Source: Brachybacterium sp.
Lineage (GTDB): Bacteria > Actinomycetota > Actinomycetes > Actinomycetales > Dermabacteraceae
Direction: 5' to 3' (one strand)
NCBI RefSeq assembly: GCF_052099115.1
Contig: NZ_JBQDQS010000011.1
DNA: 64,000 nucleotides
Positions 29,201-39,373 of the stretch are shown piece by piece. Below the pieces are notes generated by a model. The model saw nothing but the letters and a program-made list of their open reading frames with translations. It ran no database searches and was not told the DNA's origin. A program made the translations under genes and the position numbers. Position 1 is the stretch's first letter. The number at the start of each line of letters is the position of its first letter.

Positions 29201-30150
29201 GAGATCCCGTACCCCTCGATCTCGGGGCCGGGGCGCAGTCCGTCGCGGTCCTCGGCCGTCTCCCGCAGCGCGGCGATCCGGCCGTGCCCCGGCAGTTCCG
29301 CATCGGGGCGCGCGGCGTGCCAGGGCGCCAGGACGAAGGCGCGCAGGTGGGCGCGTGGATGCGGCACCGTGAGGATCTCGTCCTGACTGGTCCAGTCGCC
29401 GTAGGTGATCAGGTCGACATCGAGGGTGCGCGGCCCCCAGCGCACCAGCCGTTCCCGGCGGGCGGCGTGCTCCGCGCGATGCGCCGCCTCGAGCAGGGCG
29501 AAGGGGCCCAGTCCCGTGCGCACTCCGATGGCGGAGTTCAGGAATGCGCCCTGGTCCGCGGGACCGCCGACGGGGGCGGTCTCCAGCACGGGCCCGGACC
29601 ATTCCACGTCGATGCCGTCCGTGGCGGCCAGCAGCTCGAGCGCGTCATGCAGGTGCTGGGCGCGGTCGCCGAGATTGGTGCCGAGGGCGAGCACGGCATC
29701 GACCGGTGCGGCGTCCCGCTCGATGCGCACGGTGACGTCGCCGACGGGCAGGCCCACAGGTGCGGCCGGCTTGTGGATCCGGATCCCGACCCGGCGCACC
29801 AGCGGATGGCCGGTGTCGGTGAGTATCCGCCGGGCGATCCGCTCCGCGAGGGTCTCGACCAGCGCGTACGGGCCGCCGGTGAGCTCCTCGTGGACGGCGT
29901 GCGCCACCTCGGCGTAGTTCACCGTGCGGGAGAGCGCGTCGGTGCTGCCCGCGGGGGCGGTGGACAGGTGCAGGGTGACGTCGGCGAGGAACTGCTGACC
30001 CAGCTGCGTCTCCGCCTCCAGCACCCCGTGGTGGCCCCAGGCGCGGATCCCGGTCACCTCGATGCGGTCCAGGCGCTCCGGGCCGACACCGTCGCCTCCG
30101 CGCGCTGCAGTCATCGGGCTCATCGGGCTCATCGGGCTCATCGGGCTCAT
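29197..30150 (-). CDS. folBK: Bifunctional dihydroneopterin aldolase / HPPK (FolB-FolK fusion)
   Basis: FolB half: WGHHGVLEAE..GQQF, TVNYAEV, HKPAAP. FolK half: LALGTNLGDR, FLNSA, RWGPRTLDVDL, VPHPR...RAFVLAP. One continuous frame. Confidence 0.93.
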   Translation of the reverse strand: MSPMSPMSPMSPMTAARGGDGVGPERLDRIEVTGIRAWGHHGVLEAETQLGQQFLADVTLHLSTAPAGSTDALSRTVNYAEVAHAVHEELTGGPYALVETLAERIARRILTDTGHPLVRRVGIRIHKPAAPVGLPVGDVTVRIERDAAPVDAVLALGTNLGDRAQHLHDALELLAATDGIDVEWSGPVLETAPVGGPADQGAFLNSAIGVRTGLGPFALLEAAHRAEHAARRERLVRWGPRTLDVDLITYGDWTSQDEILTVPHPRAHLRAFVLAPWHAARPDAELPGHGRIAALRETAEDRDGLRPGPEIEGYGIS

Positions 30151-30155
30151 CGGGC
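30111..30155 (-). repeat. 9-bp tandem repeat (GCCCGATGA x5) at the folP/folBK junction
   Basis: Plus strand catcgggct repeated from 30112; encodes MSPMSPMSPMSPM at the FolB N-terminus. Confidence 0.95.
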
Positions 30156-31013
30156 AAGGCTCCGGCGCAGCCGATCGCCCACCCGCACGGCGGCGACGGA
30201 GGACGCGACCTCGTGCACCCGCACCGCCCAGGCGCCGTGCTCGGCGCTGAAGGCACTGATCGCGGCGGTCGCGAGATCGCGGTCCACGCCCAGAGCGCCC
30301 ACGAAACGCTTGCGGGAGGCGCCGATGAGGATCGGCAGCTCATGGGAGGCGATCGCGTCCCAGCCTGCCAGCACCTCCCAGTTCTGCTCCCCGGTCTTGG
30401 AGAATCCCAGGCCCGGGTCGGCGACGAGGAAGCGGTCCTCGACCCCGGCGTCGCGCAGCGCCGTGAGCCGCTCGGCGAGCTCGGCCGCGCTGTCGCGCGC
30501 CACGTCCTCGTAGACCGCCAGCTCGTTCATCACGTCGCTGTGGCCTCGCCAGTGCATCGCGATGAACACCGGCGGGGTGCCCAGCTGGGTGCGGAGCCGA
30601 GCCGCCTGACCACCCATGTCCACGTCCGCCCGCCCGGCGGAGACGTCGTTGACGATCAGGGCACCGGCCTCGACGCTCGCCGCGGCGACGGAGGCCCGCA
30701 TGGTGTCCACGCTGACCACGATGCCCTCGGCGGCCAGCGCCGAGACGACCGGCAGCACGCGGCGCAGCTCCTCGTCCTCGTCCACGCGCGGGGCACCGGG
30801 CCGGGTCGATTCCCCGCCGACGTCGACGATCGCGGCACCCTGCGCCACCAGGTGGCGGCCGTGCGCGATCGCGGCGGGCGGGGCGTCGTGCGCGCCGCCG
30901 TCGGAGAAGGAGTCCGGGGTGACGTTCAGGACGCCCATCACCAGGGTGCTGTCCTCGCCGAGCCGCTCGGGCAGACCGGCGGGGCGGCGGAGCGGGCTGT
31001 GCGCAGTGCTCAT
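30147..31013 (-). CDS. folP: Dihydropteroate synthase
   Basis: VMGVLNVTPDSFSDGG, DVGGESTRPG, SVDTM, NDVS, DPGLGFSK, GASRKRF, VRVHEV. Confidence 0.96.
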   Translation of the reverse strand: MSTAHSPLRRPAGLPERLGEDSTLVMGVLNVTPDSFSDGGAHDAPPAAIAHGRHLVAQGAAIVDVGGESTRPGAPRVDEDEELRRVLPVVSALAAEGIVVSVDTMRASVAAASVEAGALIVNDVSAGRADVDMGGQAARLRTQLGTPPVFIAMHWRGHSDVMNELAVYEDVARDSAAELAERLTALRDAGVEDRFLVADPGLGFSKTGEQNWEVLAGWDAIASHELPILIGASRKRFVGALGVDRDLATAAISAFSAEHGAWAVRVHEVASSVAAVRVGDRLRRSLAR

Positions 31014-31042
31014 GACTCAGTGCTCATCACGCGTGTGCTCAT
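31010..31042 (-). other. 10-codon mini-ORF (MSTRVMSTES) bridging folE and folP
   Basis: ATG 31042; its TGA overlaps the folP ATG as ATGA; GAGG at the folE stop lies 8 nt upstream of it. Confidence 0.4.
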
Positions 31043-31052
31043 GACCGGGGCC

Positions 31053-31619
31053 TCACGACCCGTGGATGAGCGCCATGGCCTCGCCACGGGTGCTCGGGTT
31101 CTCCCGCAGCATGCCTCGCACCGCGCTGGTGACCGTGCGGGCACCGGCCGCGCGCACACCACGCATGGACATGCACATGTGCTCTGCTTCGATGACGACG
31201 ATGGCTCCGCCCGCTCCGAGCTCGCCCATCAGCGCATCGGCGATCTGGAAGGTGAGTCGCTCCTGCACCTGGGGGCGCTGGGCGTACACGTTCACCAGGC
31301 GCGCGAGCTTGCTGAGCCCGGTGACCACTCCCCCGCCGGGGATGTAGCCGATGTGGGCGGAGCCGTGGAAGGGCAGCAGATGGTGCTCGCACATCGAGTA
31401 GAACGCGATGTCCCGCACCAGCACCAGCTCCTGGTGGTCGATGTCGAAGGTGGTCGACAGCGGTGCGCTCGCATCCTGGTCCAGGCCCTGGAAGACCTCG
31501 CCGTACATGCGGGCCACCCGCGCCGGGGTCTCCTGCAGGCCGTCACGGTCCGGGTCCTCGCCGATCGCGGCGAGGATCTCCCGGACTGCGGCTTCGATGC
31601 GGGGCTGGTCCACGGCCAT
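31053..31619 (-). CDS. folE: GTP cyclohydrolase I
   Basis: [55 protein letters not shown]. Confidence 0.96.
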   Translation of the reverse strand: MAVDQPRIEAAVREILAAIGEDPDRDGLQETPARVARMYGEVFQGLDQDASAPLSTTFDIDHQELVLVRDIAFYSMCEHHLLPFHGSAHIGYIPGGGVVTGLSKLARLVNVYAQRPQVQERLTFQIADALMGELGAGGAIVVIEAEHMCMSMRGVRAAGARTVTSAVRGMLRENPSTRGEAMALIHGS

Positions 31620-31620
31620 C

Positions 31621-33756
31621 TCAGCGATCCGCTCCGTCGCCGGTGTCATAGCCATAGCCACCGCCGCCGTATCCGCCACCGCCCTGTCCCGGCTCGCCGC
31701 CGTGCGGGGCGCCGGGGATCTGCGGTCCGTCCCCGCCCGGGTGGGGCAGCTCCGGGGGGTTCGGCTGCATCGGCTCACCGGCGTCGTGGGACTCGGTCCC
31801 CGTCGCGGTGGTGGTGCTGCCGGCCGACGGCGCCGCCAGGGCGGGCCGCTCGGCGCTGGAGACCCACACCTCACGCGGCGGCTGCTTCTTCACATCGCGG
31901 AAGATCTCGGCGAGATCGTGCTCGGTCAGGGTCTCCCGCTCCAGCAGCTCCTCGACCAGACGGTCCAGCACGTGGCGATTGTCGACGATGACGGACCAGG
32001 CCTCGTCCAGGGCGGTGTCCAGCAGCTCCCGGACCTCCTGGTCGATGATGCTCGCGGTCTCGGCGCTGAAGCGGGGCGCCTGCCCCTGCTGCATGCCGAC
32101 GAAGACCTCGTCCTGATCACCCGAGAGCGCGATCTGACCGACCCGGTCGCTCATGCCCAGCTGCATCACCATGGTGCGCGCGATCTTGGTCGCGTTCTGC
32201 AGGTCCGAGCTGGGTCCGGTGGTGACGTCGTGGAAGATGCTCTCCTCCACCGCATAGCCGCCCATCGCATAGGCCAGGCGGTCCAGCAGCTCGTTGCGGG
32301 ACTGGTAGTTGCGGTCCTGGGTGGGCACCACCATCGTGTATCCGCCGGCACGGCCGCGCGGCAGGATGGTCACCTTGGTGACCGGGGCGGAGTTGTTCAT
32401 CGCCGCCGCGACCAGGGCGTGCCCGCCCTCGTGGTAGGCGGTCATCTGACGCTCGCGCTCGGTCATCACCTTCGAGTACCGCTGCGGACCCATGGAGACG
32501 CGGTCGATGGCCTCGTCCAGGGCGCGGTTGTCGATGATCTGGTTGCCGGAGCGGGCAGTGAGCAGCGCCGCCTCGTTCAGTACGTTCGCGAGATCCGCAC
32601 CGGACATGCCGATGGTGCGCTTGGCGACGTGCTCGAGATCGACGTCGTGCGCGAGCGGCTTGCCCTTGGAGTGCACGCCGAGGATGTGCAGACGGCCCTT
32701 CATGTCGGGGGCCTCGACGCCGATCTGGCGGTCGAAGCGACCCGGGCGCAGCAACGCCGGGTCCAGGATGTCCACCCGGTTGGTGGCGGCGATGAGGATG
32801 ACGTTCTGGTTCTCCTCGAACCCGTCCATCTCCACCAGCATCTGGTTCAGGGTCTGCTCGCGCTCGTCGTGCCCGCCGCCCATGCCGGCACCGCGGTGGC
32901 GGCCGACGGCATCGATCTCATCGATGAAGATGATCGCCGGGGCGTTCTCCTTCGCGGTGTTGAACAGGTCGCGCACGCGGCTCGCGCCGACGCCCACGAA
33001 CATCTCCACGAAGTCCGAGCCGGAGATCGAGTAGAAGGGCACGTTCGCCTCGCCGGCGACCGCCTTGGCCAGCAGGGTCTTGCCGGTGCCGGGCGGGCCG
33101 TACAGCAGCACGCCCTTGGGGATCTTCGCGCCGACGGCCTGGTAGCGGCCCGGGTCGACCAGGAACTGCTTGATCTCGTCGAGCTCCTCGACGGCCTCCT
33201 CGGCGCCGGCGACATCCGCGAAGTTGACCTTGGGCGCCTCCTTGTTGAACAGCTTCGCCTTGGACTTGCCGAACTGCATGGCCTTGCCGCCGCCCTGGGC
33301 GTTCATGATCAGGAACCAGAACAGGCCGATGAACAGCAGCAGGGGCAAGAAGGTCAGCAGGAGCGAGGACCACCAGGAGCTGCTGGCGATCTCGTCGGTG
33401 TAGCCCTTCTCGGGTGCCGCCTCCTCGACGGCCTGCACGATCGCTCCCCCGCGGGCGTCCACGTAGGAGAAGCGCACCTGGGTGCCCTTGTTCTCCTCGC
33501 CGTCCACGAAGTCCTCGGTCAGGACCAGGTCGACCCGCTGCTGGTTGCCGTCGATGATCTTGGCCTGCTCGACGGTACCGCTCTCGAGCAGCTCGAGGCC
33601 CTGCTGGGTGTCGATCTCCTGGTAGCCGTCGCGCCCGAACAGGGAGAACATGGCCATGCCCAGCAGCAGAGCGATGATGATCCACAGGGCGAGCCCGGAG
33701 AAGGGTCGACGCTTCTTGCTGCCGGAGCCCTTGGGGGTCTTGGCGGAATCTGCCAC
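31621..33756 (-). CDS. ftsH: ATP-dependent zinc metalloprotease FtsH
   Basis: Two TMs, [31 protein letters not shown] zinc motif. Confidence 0.98.
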   Translation of the reverse strand: MADSAKTPKGSGSKKRRPFSGLALWIIIALLLGMAMFSLFGRDGYQEIDTQQGLELLESGTVEQAKIIDGNQQRVDLVLTEDFVDGEENKGTQVRFSYVDARGGAIVQAVEEAAPEKGYTDEIASSSWWSSLLLTFLPLLLFIGLFWFLIMNAQGGGKAMQFGKSKAKLFNKEAPKVNFADVAGAEEAVEELDEIKQFLVDPGRYQAVGAKIPKGVLLYGPPGTGKTLLAKAVAGEANVPFYSISGSDFVEMFVGVGASRVRDLFNTAKENAPAIIFIDEIDAVGRHRGAGMGGGHDEREQTLNQMLVEMDGFEENQNVILIAATNRVDILDPALLRPGRFDRQIGVEAPDMKGRLHILGVHSKGKPLAHDVDLEHVAKRTIGMSGADLANVLNEAALLTARSGNQIIDNRALDEAIDRVSMGPQRYSKVMTERERQMTAYHEGGHALVAAAMNNSAPVTKVTILPRGRAGGYTMVVPTQDRNYQSRNELLDRLAYAMGGYAVEESIFHDVTTGPSSDLQNATKIARTMVMQLGMSDRVGQIALSGDQDEVFVGMQQGQAPRFSAETASIIDQEVRELLDTALDEAWSVIVDNRHVLDRLVEELLERETLTEHDLAEIFRDVKKQPPREVWVSSAERPALAAPSAGSTTTATGTESHDAGEPMQPNPPELPHPGGDGPQIPGAPHGGEPGQGGGGYGGGGYGYDTGDGADR

Positions 33757-33760
33757 GTGA

Positions 33761-34330
33761 TCAGTCCTCGTAGATCGAGCGCGAGAGCACGCCCACGTAG
33801 GGAAGGTTGCGATAGTTCTCGGCGAAGTCGAGACCGTAGCCGATCACGAACGCGTTGGGGATGTCGAAGCCGACGTACTTCACGTCGATCTCGACCCGTG
33901 CGGCCTCGGGCTTGCGCAGCAGGGTCGCGATCTCGACGCTCTTGGGGCCGCGTGAGCGCAGGTTGGACAGCAGCCACTTCAGGGTCAGACCGGAGTCGAT
34001 GATGTCCTCGACGATCAGCACGTTGCGGCCGGTGATGTCCCCGGAGAGGTCCTTGAGGATCCGCACGACGCCCGAGGACTTGGTGCCCGAGCCGTAGGAG
34101 GAGACCGCCATCCAGTCCATCTCGACCTTGAGGTCGATCTGGCGTGCGAGGTCCGCCATCACCATCACCGCCCCTTTGAGGACGCCGACCAGGATCGGGG
34201 GCTCGTCCGCGTAGTCCGCGGCGATCTGCTCTCCGAGCTCGGCGAGCCGGTCGCGGATCTGCTGCTCGTCCAGCAGCACGCGGTCGACATCGGGGTGGGG
34301 GTGCGTCTGGGGCACGCGGATCTCCTCCAT
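33761..34330 (-). CDS. hpt: Hypoxanthine phosphoribosyltransferase
   Basis: [50 protein letters not shown]. Confidence 0.96.
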   Translation of the reverse strand: MEEIRVPQTHPHPDVDRVLLDEQQIRDRLAELGEQIAADYADEPPILVGVLKGAVMVMADLARQIDLKVEMDWMAVSSYGSGTKSSGVVRILKDLSGDITGRNVLIVEDIIDSGLTLKWLLSNLRSRGPKSVEIATLLRKPEAARVEIDVKYVGFDIPNAFVIGYGLDFAENYRNLPYVGVLSRSIYED

Positions 34331-34359
34331 GGAACGTGGTGGGGTGCGCGAGCCGCGGG

Positions 34360-35454
34360 TCACGAATCGATGCGGCGCCACACCAACAGGCCGTCGCGGC
34401 GAGCGACTTCGATCCTACCCGGAACGGGCACGGCTGACTGACCGTGCCATGAGACCACCAGCGCGTCGATCGCCAGCACCTGGCGTCGGAGCAGGGACTT
34501 CGATGAGCCCGCGCCCGAACCCGAGAGGTTTGCGCGGTCAGCGGAACGTGAGGCGTCCCGCAGGATCCGGGTGCGCAGCGGGCCGGGGGCGGCCGCCAGC
34601 GCGTGGACGTCCAGCAGCAGCAGGTCCCGCTCCTCACGGAGCTCGCCGCCGTCACGGCGCAGCGAGTCCAGCAGCGCGGTCGCCTCGGCATCGAGGTGAT
34701 CGGCGTCGGGGCCCACCAGGTCGGCGGTGCGCGCGAGGTTCTCGTCGAGGTGCTCGCCCAGCATCTCCCGCAGCAGGGGCAGGGCCCGATGCCGCACCCG
34801 GGAGCGCAGCAGCGTCTCGTCAGCGTTCATCGGGTCCTCCCACCACTGCAGGTCGTGCACGCGGCAGATCTCCTCGGTGTCGGCCCGGCGCAGTGCGGTG
34901 GATTCGTCCCGGCCGCTGCCCAGGAAGGGCCGCAGCAGCGCTCCGCGGGCGCGGGAGATCCCGGCCAGGGCGCGGGGCCCGCCACCGCGCGCCAACCCCA
35001 TCAGCACCTGCTCGGCCTGGTCATCGAGGGTGTGGGCCATCAGCAGCGCGAGCGCACCCCGCTCCTCGCGCAGCGTCTCCAGCGCCTCGTGACGCACCGT
35101 GCGGGCGGCGTTCTCGAGCCCGCCGGGCGCCTCGGCGGCGACCTCGACACGCAGGATCCGCGCCTCGGCGCCGAGGTGCTGGGCCTGGACCAGCGCCCGC
35201 TCCGCGACCTGGGCGGATCCCTCCTGCAGGCCGTGGTCGACGATCGCCGCCTCGGTCTCCAAGCCCATCCGTGAGCCCACCCAGACGGTGGTGGCCAGCA
35301 GTGCGAGGGAGTCCGCTCCGCCGCTGAGGCCGACCAGCAGGCGCGGCATCGTCCGGCCGATGGCGGTGTCGTCGGCGAGCAGCTCGAGCCGGGTGGTCAG
35401 CGCGGCACGGACGGCGGTGCGGGCGCGGGCGACGACGGGAGGCGGTCCGGCCAT
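34360..35454 (-). CDS. tilS: tRNA(Ile)-lysidine synthase
   Basis: From MAGPPP: [11 protein letters not shown]-loop, [25 protein letters not shown]. Confidence 0.93.
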   Translation of the reverse strand: MAGPPPVVARARTAVRAALTTRLELLADDTAIGRTMPRLLVGLSGGADSLALLATTVWVGSRMGLETEAAIVDHGLQEGSAQVAERALVQAQHLGAEARILRVEVAAEAPGGLENAARTVRHEALETLREERGALALLMAHTLDDQAEQVLMGLARGGGPRALAGISRARGALLRPFLGSGRDESTALRRADTEEICRVHDLQWWEDPMNADETLLRSRVRHRALPLLREMLGEHLDENLARTADLVGPDADHLDAEATALLDSLRRDGGELREERDLLLLDVHALAAAPGPLRTRILRDASRSADRANLSGSGAGSSKSLLRRQVLAIDALVVSWHGQSAVPVPGRIEVARRDGLLVWRRIDS

Positions 35455-36863
35455 CAGTCCACCTGCACCATCTCGGCGGCGACCTGGTCGACCGCCGCAC
35501 GGGCGGCGTCCGCGTCGGCGCCGTCGAAGCCGTGCACCGCGATCGAGTACCCGACGGTCCGCCCGTCTGGCAGCACGGCGACGCCCGCCAGGGTGGCCGC
35601 GCCCCCGAGATAGCCGGTCTTGCCGCGCACGAGACCGCTCGCGTCCTCGGTCTCCTCCGCATCGAAGCGGCCTGCGAGGGTGCCGGACAGTCCCGCGATG
35701 GGCACGTCGAAGAGGATCTGCTCGAGGGCCGGTGCCTCGCCGGAGGCCACCTCTGCCAGGACCGCGGAGAGCAGGGCGGGCGGCACCCGGTTCTGGCGCG
35801 AGAGCCCGGAGCCGTCGTGGATCTCCAGGGAGGCGACCGCCTCCGGCGCGACCCCGAGCTGCTCGGCGAGATCCTCGATCTCTGCCTCGACCGCGGCGGC
35901 GGCCCCGGCCGGGGTGGCCTCCTCGCCGCGGGAGAGCGCCACCAGGTGCGCGAGCAGCTCGGCGGTGGTGTTGTCGGAGACCAGCAGGGTGTGTCGCACC
36001 AGCTCCGCGATCGTCTCGGAGTGGACCTCTGCTGTCGGCGCCTCCTGCGGAGCCTGTGCTGCGGTGATCACACCGGTGACCGTGAGCCCGCCCTCGCTGA
36101 GCAGCTCGGCGAAGCGCTCGGCGGCGTCCCGGGCCGGGGTGGCGGACTTGGGCCCGTACTCCTCGCCGTCCAACCATCCCTCGTTCAGTGCGAGGGAGGC
36201 GGTGGGGGTCACCCAGCCACCGGGCTGGCCGTTGTTCCCCCAGGCCGGGTTGGGGCCGCCGACGAGATAGCTGTCATCCAGCGCCACGGAGACCTCGGTG
36301 GCGCCCTGCTCCGTGGCGAGTGCCGCCGCCTGGGCCGCCAGCTCGCGCAGATCGTCCTCGCTGAGAGTCATGTCACCGCCGCCGACGAGGGTGATCACGC
36401 CGTCCTGGACGGCCGCCCGAGTGGTCAGGACCTCGTCCCCCCTGTACTGGCGCAGCACGGCGGCGGCGGTGAGCAGCTTGAGGGTCGAGGCGGGCACCAG
36501 GGCGGCGCTCTCCTCGCGGGCGGCGAGCGTCTGCCCGGTCTCGGCGTCGATCACGCTGAACGCCAGCCCACCGGCGACCACCGGCAGGTCTGCACCCGCG
36601 GACATCCGTTCTTCGAGGTCAGCGGGGTCCACTGGCGCGGCGGCAGGCAGCGAGGTCGGCAGGGTCTCCTCTGCCGCGACCCGCTCCCAGTCCTCGGCGC
36701 CCGCACGCGGACCGAAGCTCGGACCCTCCTCGGTGCTGCGGACGGTGAGGACGCCGGGAAAGGCGTCAGTGAGATCTCCGAGCACGTAGAAGCTCGCCGG
36801 CACCGCCGCGCACATCACGATCGCGGTGGTGCGCCAGATCCGCTCGATTGCGCTCGCTCCCAT
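35454..36863 (-). CDS. dacB: D-alanyl-D-alanine carboxypeptidase/endopeptidase (PBP4, peptidase S13)
   Basis: PASTLK (SxxK), SDN (SxN), [15 protein letters not shown]; N-terminal TM anchor. Confidence 0.9.
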   Translation of the reverse strand: MGASAIERIWRTTAIVMCAAVPASFYVLGDLTDAFPGVLTVRSTEEGPSFGPRAGAEDWERVAAEETLPTSLPAAAPVDPADLEERMSAGADLPVVAGGLAFSVIDAETGQTLAAREESAALVPASTLKLLTAAAVLRQYRGDEVLTTRAAVQDGVITLVGGGDMTLSEDDLRELAAQAAALATEQGATEVSVALDDSYLVGGPNPAWGNNGQPGGWVTPTASLALNEGWLDGEEYGPKSATPARDAAERFAELLSEGGLTVTGVITAAQAPQEAPTAEVHSETIAELVRHTLLVSDNTTAELLAHLVALSRGEEATPAGAAAAVEAEIEDLAEQLGVAPEAVASLEIHDGSGLSRQNRVPPALLSAVLAEVASGEAPALEQILFDVPIAGLSGTLAGRFDAEETEDASGLVRGKTGYLGGAATLAGVAVLPDGRTVGYSIAVHGFDGADADAARAAVDQVAAEMVQVD

Positions 36864-36930
36864 GGCACCCACGATATGGTGTCACGGTCTTTACCAGTGG
36901 CCTTCAGGTCCCGAGCAATGGAGCGGTGTC

Positions 36931-37443
36931 GTGGAATTCGACGTGACCATCGAGATCCCTCGCGGAAATCGGAACAAGTATGAGGTGGACCACCACAACG
37001 GGCGCATCCGGCTCGACCGGATGCTGTTCACCGCCACCCGCTACCCGGACGACTACGGATTCATCGAGGGAACCCTCGGCGAGGACGGCGACCCGCTGGA
37101 CTGCCTCGTGCTGCTCGAGGAGCCGACCTTTCCGGGCTGCCTGATCCGCTGCCGCGCACTGGGCATGTTCCGTATGCGCGACGAGGCGGGCGGCGACGAC
37201 AAGGTCATCGCGGTGCCGGTCGGGGACCAGCGCCAGGTGCGCCGCCAGGAGCTCACCGATGTCTCGGAGTTCCACCGCCTGGAGATCCAGCACTTCTTCG
37301 AGGTCTACAAGGACCTCGAGCCCGGCAAGAGCGTCGAGGGCGCGCACTGGGAGGGCCGCAGCGCTGCGGAGGCGGAGATCCGCCGCTCCCACGAGCGCGC
37401 CGTCGGCACCGAGCACGCCAACGACTTCACGCAGGAGGTCTGA
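36931..37443 (+). CDS. ppa: Inorganic pyrophosphatase (family I)
   Basis: [46 protein letters not shown]. Confidence 0.96.
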   Translation: MEFDVTIEIPRGNRNKYEVDHHNGRIRLDRMLFTATRYPDDYGFIEGTLGEDGDPLDCLVLLEEPTFPGCLIRCRALGMFRMRDEAGGDDKVIAVPVGDQRQVRRQELTDVSEFHRLEIQHFFEVYKDLEPGKSVEGAHWEGRSAAEAEIRRSHERAVGTEHANDFTQEV

Positions 37444-37489
37444 GGTCCTCGTCAGCGCACCGCGGAGCGCTGACGCAGCCCTGACCACG

Positions 37490-37527
37490 CACGAAGGGTC
37501 CGGCCCCGCGGGGCCGGACCCTTCGTG
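37490..37527. terminator. 18-bp hairpin downstream of ppa (probably bidirectional)
   Basis: cacgaagggtccggcccc-gc-ggggccggacccttcgtg; a second 8-bp hairpin lies at 37451-37474. Confidence 0.78.
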
Positions 37528-37579
37528 CTCTGCAGGCTCCAGCACTGTGTGGTCATGCCCTGCGTGCACGTGCTCCGTG

Positions 37580-37650
37580 CCGGACTGCGAGGGCCGGACT
37601 GCGAGCGGTCAGCCTGCGAGGGCCGGACTGCGAGCGGTCAGCCTGCGAGC
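37580..37650 (-). repeat. 29-bp unit x2 plus partial, built from 14/15-bp subunits, spanning the stop codon of the 37638-38384 gene
   Basis: Minus strand ctcgcaggctgaccgctcgcagtccggcc repeated; core ctcgcag occurs five times. Confidence 0.88.
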
Positions 37651-38384
37651 GCGTCGCGCTCCCCGGAGATCTCGCCGTCGAGGGTCGCGCCGTGCGAGAA
37701 GATCTCCAGCATCGCCTCGACCACCGAGCGGGAGACCGCACGGGCGCCGAGCCCGCCGATCACGGCGCCGATCCCGAAGGGCGCCAGCCGCGCGAACCAG
37801 AGCCCGCCGGTGCGCGCCACGACCCGGCGGCGCACATACCGGGAGACCTGCTTGCTCACCAGGCCCGGCAGGAATCCGCCACCGCCGCTGAACACGGCGT
37901 TCCACCGCAGGCCCTGCCTGCCCATCGCCTTGGCGATGATCTCGGTGCCGCGCTCACCGCTGAGCACTCCCAACAGGACCAGGCGACGAGTGCTCTGATC
38001 GGTCATGTCCACGTCGTGGATGTCCGCCGCGGCGAGAGTGAGGAAGGCGCACGCCTCCGCGAAGGACACCCCCTCGCCGATGGTCAGGCCGAGTGCGGCC
38101 ACCGTGCCGAGTCCGGGCAGGGCCGCGACGCCGCCGATACCGGCGCCGGTGACCGCGGTGAGGCCGATGAACCGCGAGGTGACGTGCTGGAGCAGTTGGC
38201 GATCGCTCGCCTCAGGATGCTTCTCCCGCAGCTTCTCCACATAGCTGTGGGCGAGCGGCGCCTGCACCCTCAGGGCGGCGTCGATCACCGAGAGCCAGCG
38301 CTCGTCGAGCTGCTCGACGAACTCGCCGTCGTCGGCCAGCTCGCTCTGCGGGATGGGCGGGGTGCTCTGGTCGCTCTGGGCCAC
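37638..38384 (-). CDS. Conserved actinobacterial hypothetical protein (EcsC-like, Gly-rich hydrophobic hairpin)
   Basis: Clean ORF with SD; TGAGIGGVAALPGLGT; RLAPFGIGAVIGG. Confidence 0.65.
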   Translation of the reverse strand: MAQSDQSTPPIPQSELADDGEFVEQLDERWLSVIDAALRVQAPLAHSYVEKLREKHPEASDRQLLQHVTSRFIGLTAVTGAGIGGVAALPGLGTVAALGLTIGEGVSFAEACAFLTLAAADIHDVDMTDQSTRRLVLLGVLSGERGTEIIAKAMGRQGLRWNAVFSGGGGFLPGLVSKQVSRYVRRRVVARTGGLWFARLAPFGIGAVIGGLGARAVSRSVVEAMLEIFSHGATLDGEISGERDALAG

Positions 38385-38453
38385 CGTCTGCTCCGTTCTG
38401 TCGGGTCGTGAACAGGGTCAAGCTACCGCGTCCGGCCGAGCGCAGCCTGGAGA

Positions 38454-39146
38454 TCAGCTCTGCCCGCCGATCACCACCTGGCCCGGGGCGAGGTCGGTGA
38501 TCTCTCCGGTCAGTCCGAGGCGACGGACGGCTTCGGTGAGATCGGCGTAGTGACCGGCGTAGCCGGCGTCGATGTAGGAGCGGGGCACGGACACGTCATG
38601 GCACAGGGTCCCGGCCAGGTGGTCGGTCTCGTGCTGGAGGATCCGGGCGGTCCAGCCCACGTGCTCCTCGTCGACCTCCTCGAGCCGACCGTCCGGCAGC
38701 AGCTCGACGGCGCGCAGGCGCACCCGACGCGACCGCGGGACGATGGACTGCCAGCCGTCGACCGACAGACACCCCTCGAAGGCATAGACCCGCTGCGTGC
38801 CGAGCGGCTCCAGCACCGGATCGAGCAGGGCACGCAGCGCGAGGGGGCGCCGCTCGAGCAGGTCGTCGTCGGCATCCTCGCCCGGCTCGCTCGCGAAGCC
38901 GTCCTCGACCACGTAGACGCTCAGCGGGAGCCCCACCTGAGGGGCGGCCAGCCCCACGCCCGGCGCCGCGCGCATCGTCACCGTCATCGCCTCGGCCAGC
39001 TCGCACAGCAGCTTGAGATCGATCCGTCCACGGGCAGGCGCTGCGCGTCGGCGCAGGGCGGGATGACCGGCCTGCACGATCCGCAGCGGGTCCCCATCCT
39101 GCGCGCGACGATCGAGGGTCTTCCGGGTCAGCTCGTTGATGTCCAC
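38454..39146 (-). CDS. def: Peptide deformylase family protein
   Basis: All three PDF motifs present: GVGLAAPQ, EGCLS, QHETDHLAG. Confidence 0.9.
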   Translation of the reverse strand: MDINELTRKTLDRRAQDGDPLRIVQAGHPALRRRAAPARGRIDLKLLCELAEAMTVTMRAAPGVGLAAPQVGLPLSVYVVEDGFASEPGEDADDDLLERRPLALRALLDPVLEPLGTQRVYAFEGCLSVDGWQSIVPRSRRVRLRAVELLPDGRLEEVDEEHVGWTARILQHETDHLAGTLCHDVSVPRSYIDAGYAGHYADLTEAVRRLGLTGEITDLAPGQVVIGGQS

Positions 39147-39211
39147 GACGCCAGTATCCCGCAGCGTCCGCCGCCCGACCCGGCCTCTGCCGCGGAACCC
39201 GGTCCCGACAG

Positions 39212-39225
39212 GTGAGACGCGTCAC
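39212..39225. promoter_or_regulatory. CRP/GlxR-like site in the divergent def / ABC-ATPase promoter
   Basis: GTGA-gacgcg-TCAC (core of TGTGA-N6-TCACA, outer bases mismatched); TACACT -10-like hexamer at 39258-39263. Confidence 0.4.
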
Positions 39226-39373
39226 GGCGGATCACCCCGCACAGATGAGAGCTGAGCTACACTTCTGCGAGCCGGTGCGACGAAGCACCTCTTGTGGGAA
39301 CGACCTCGAACCGGCCGCTCATCACTTCACAACGGACCGTCCGGCACGTACCTGCCGGTGAAGGAGAACCACC

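Noticed and set aside
29197-30150. FolB-FolK fusion as a novelty
   Set aside because: Such bifunctional enzymes are already known (for example pneumococcal SulD); annotated as a feature only.
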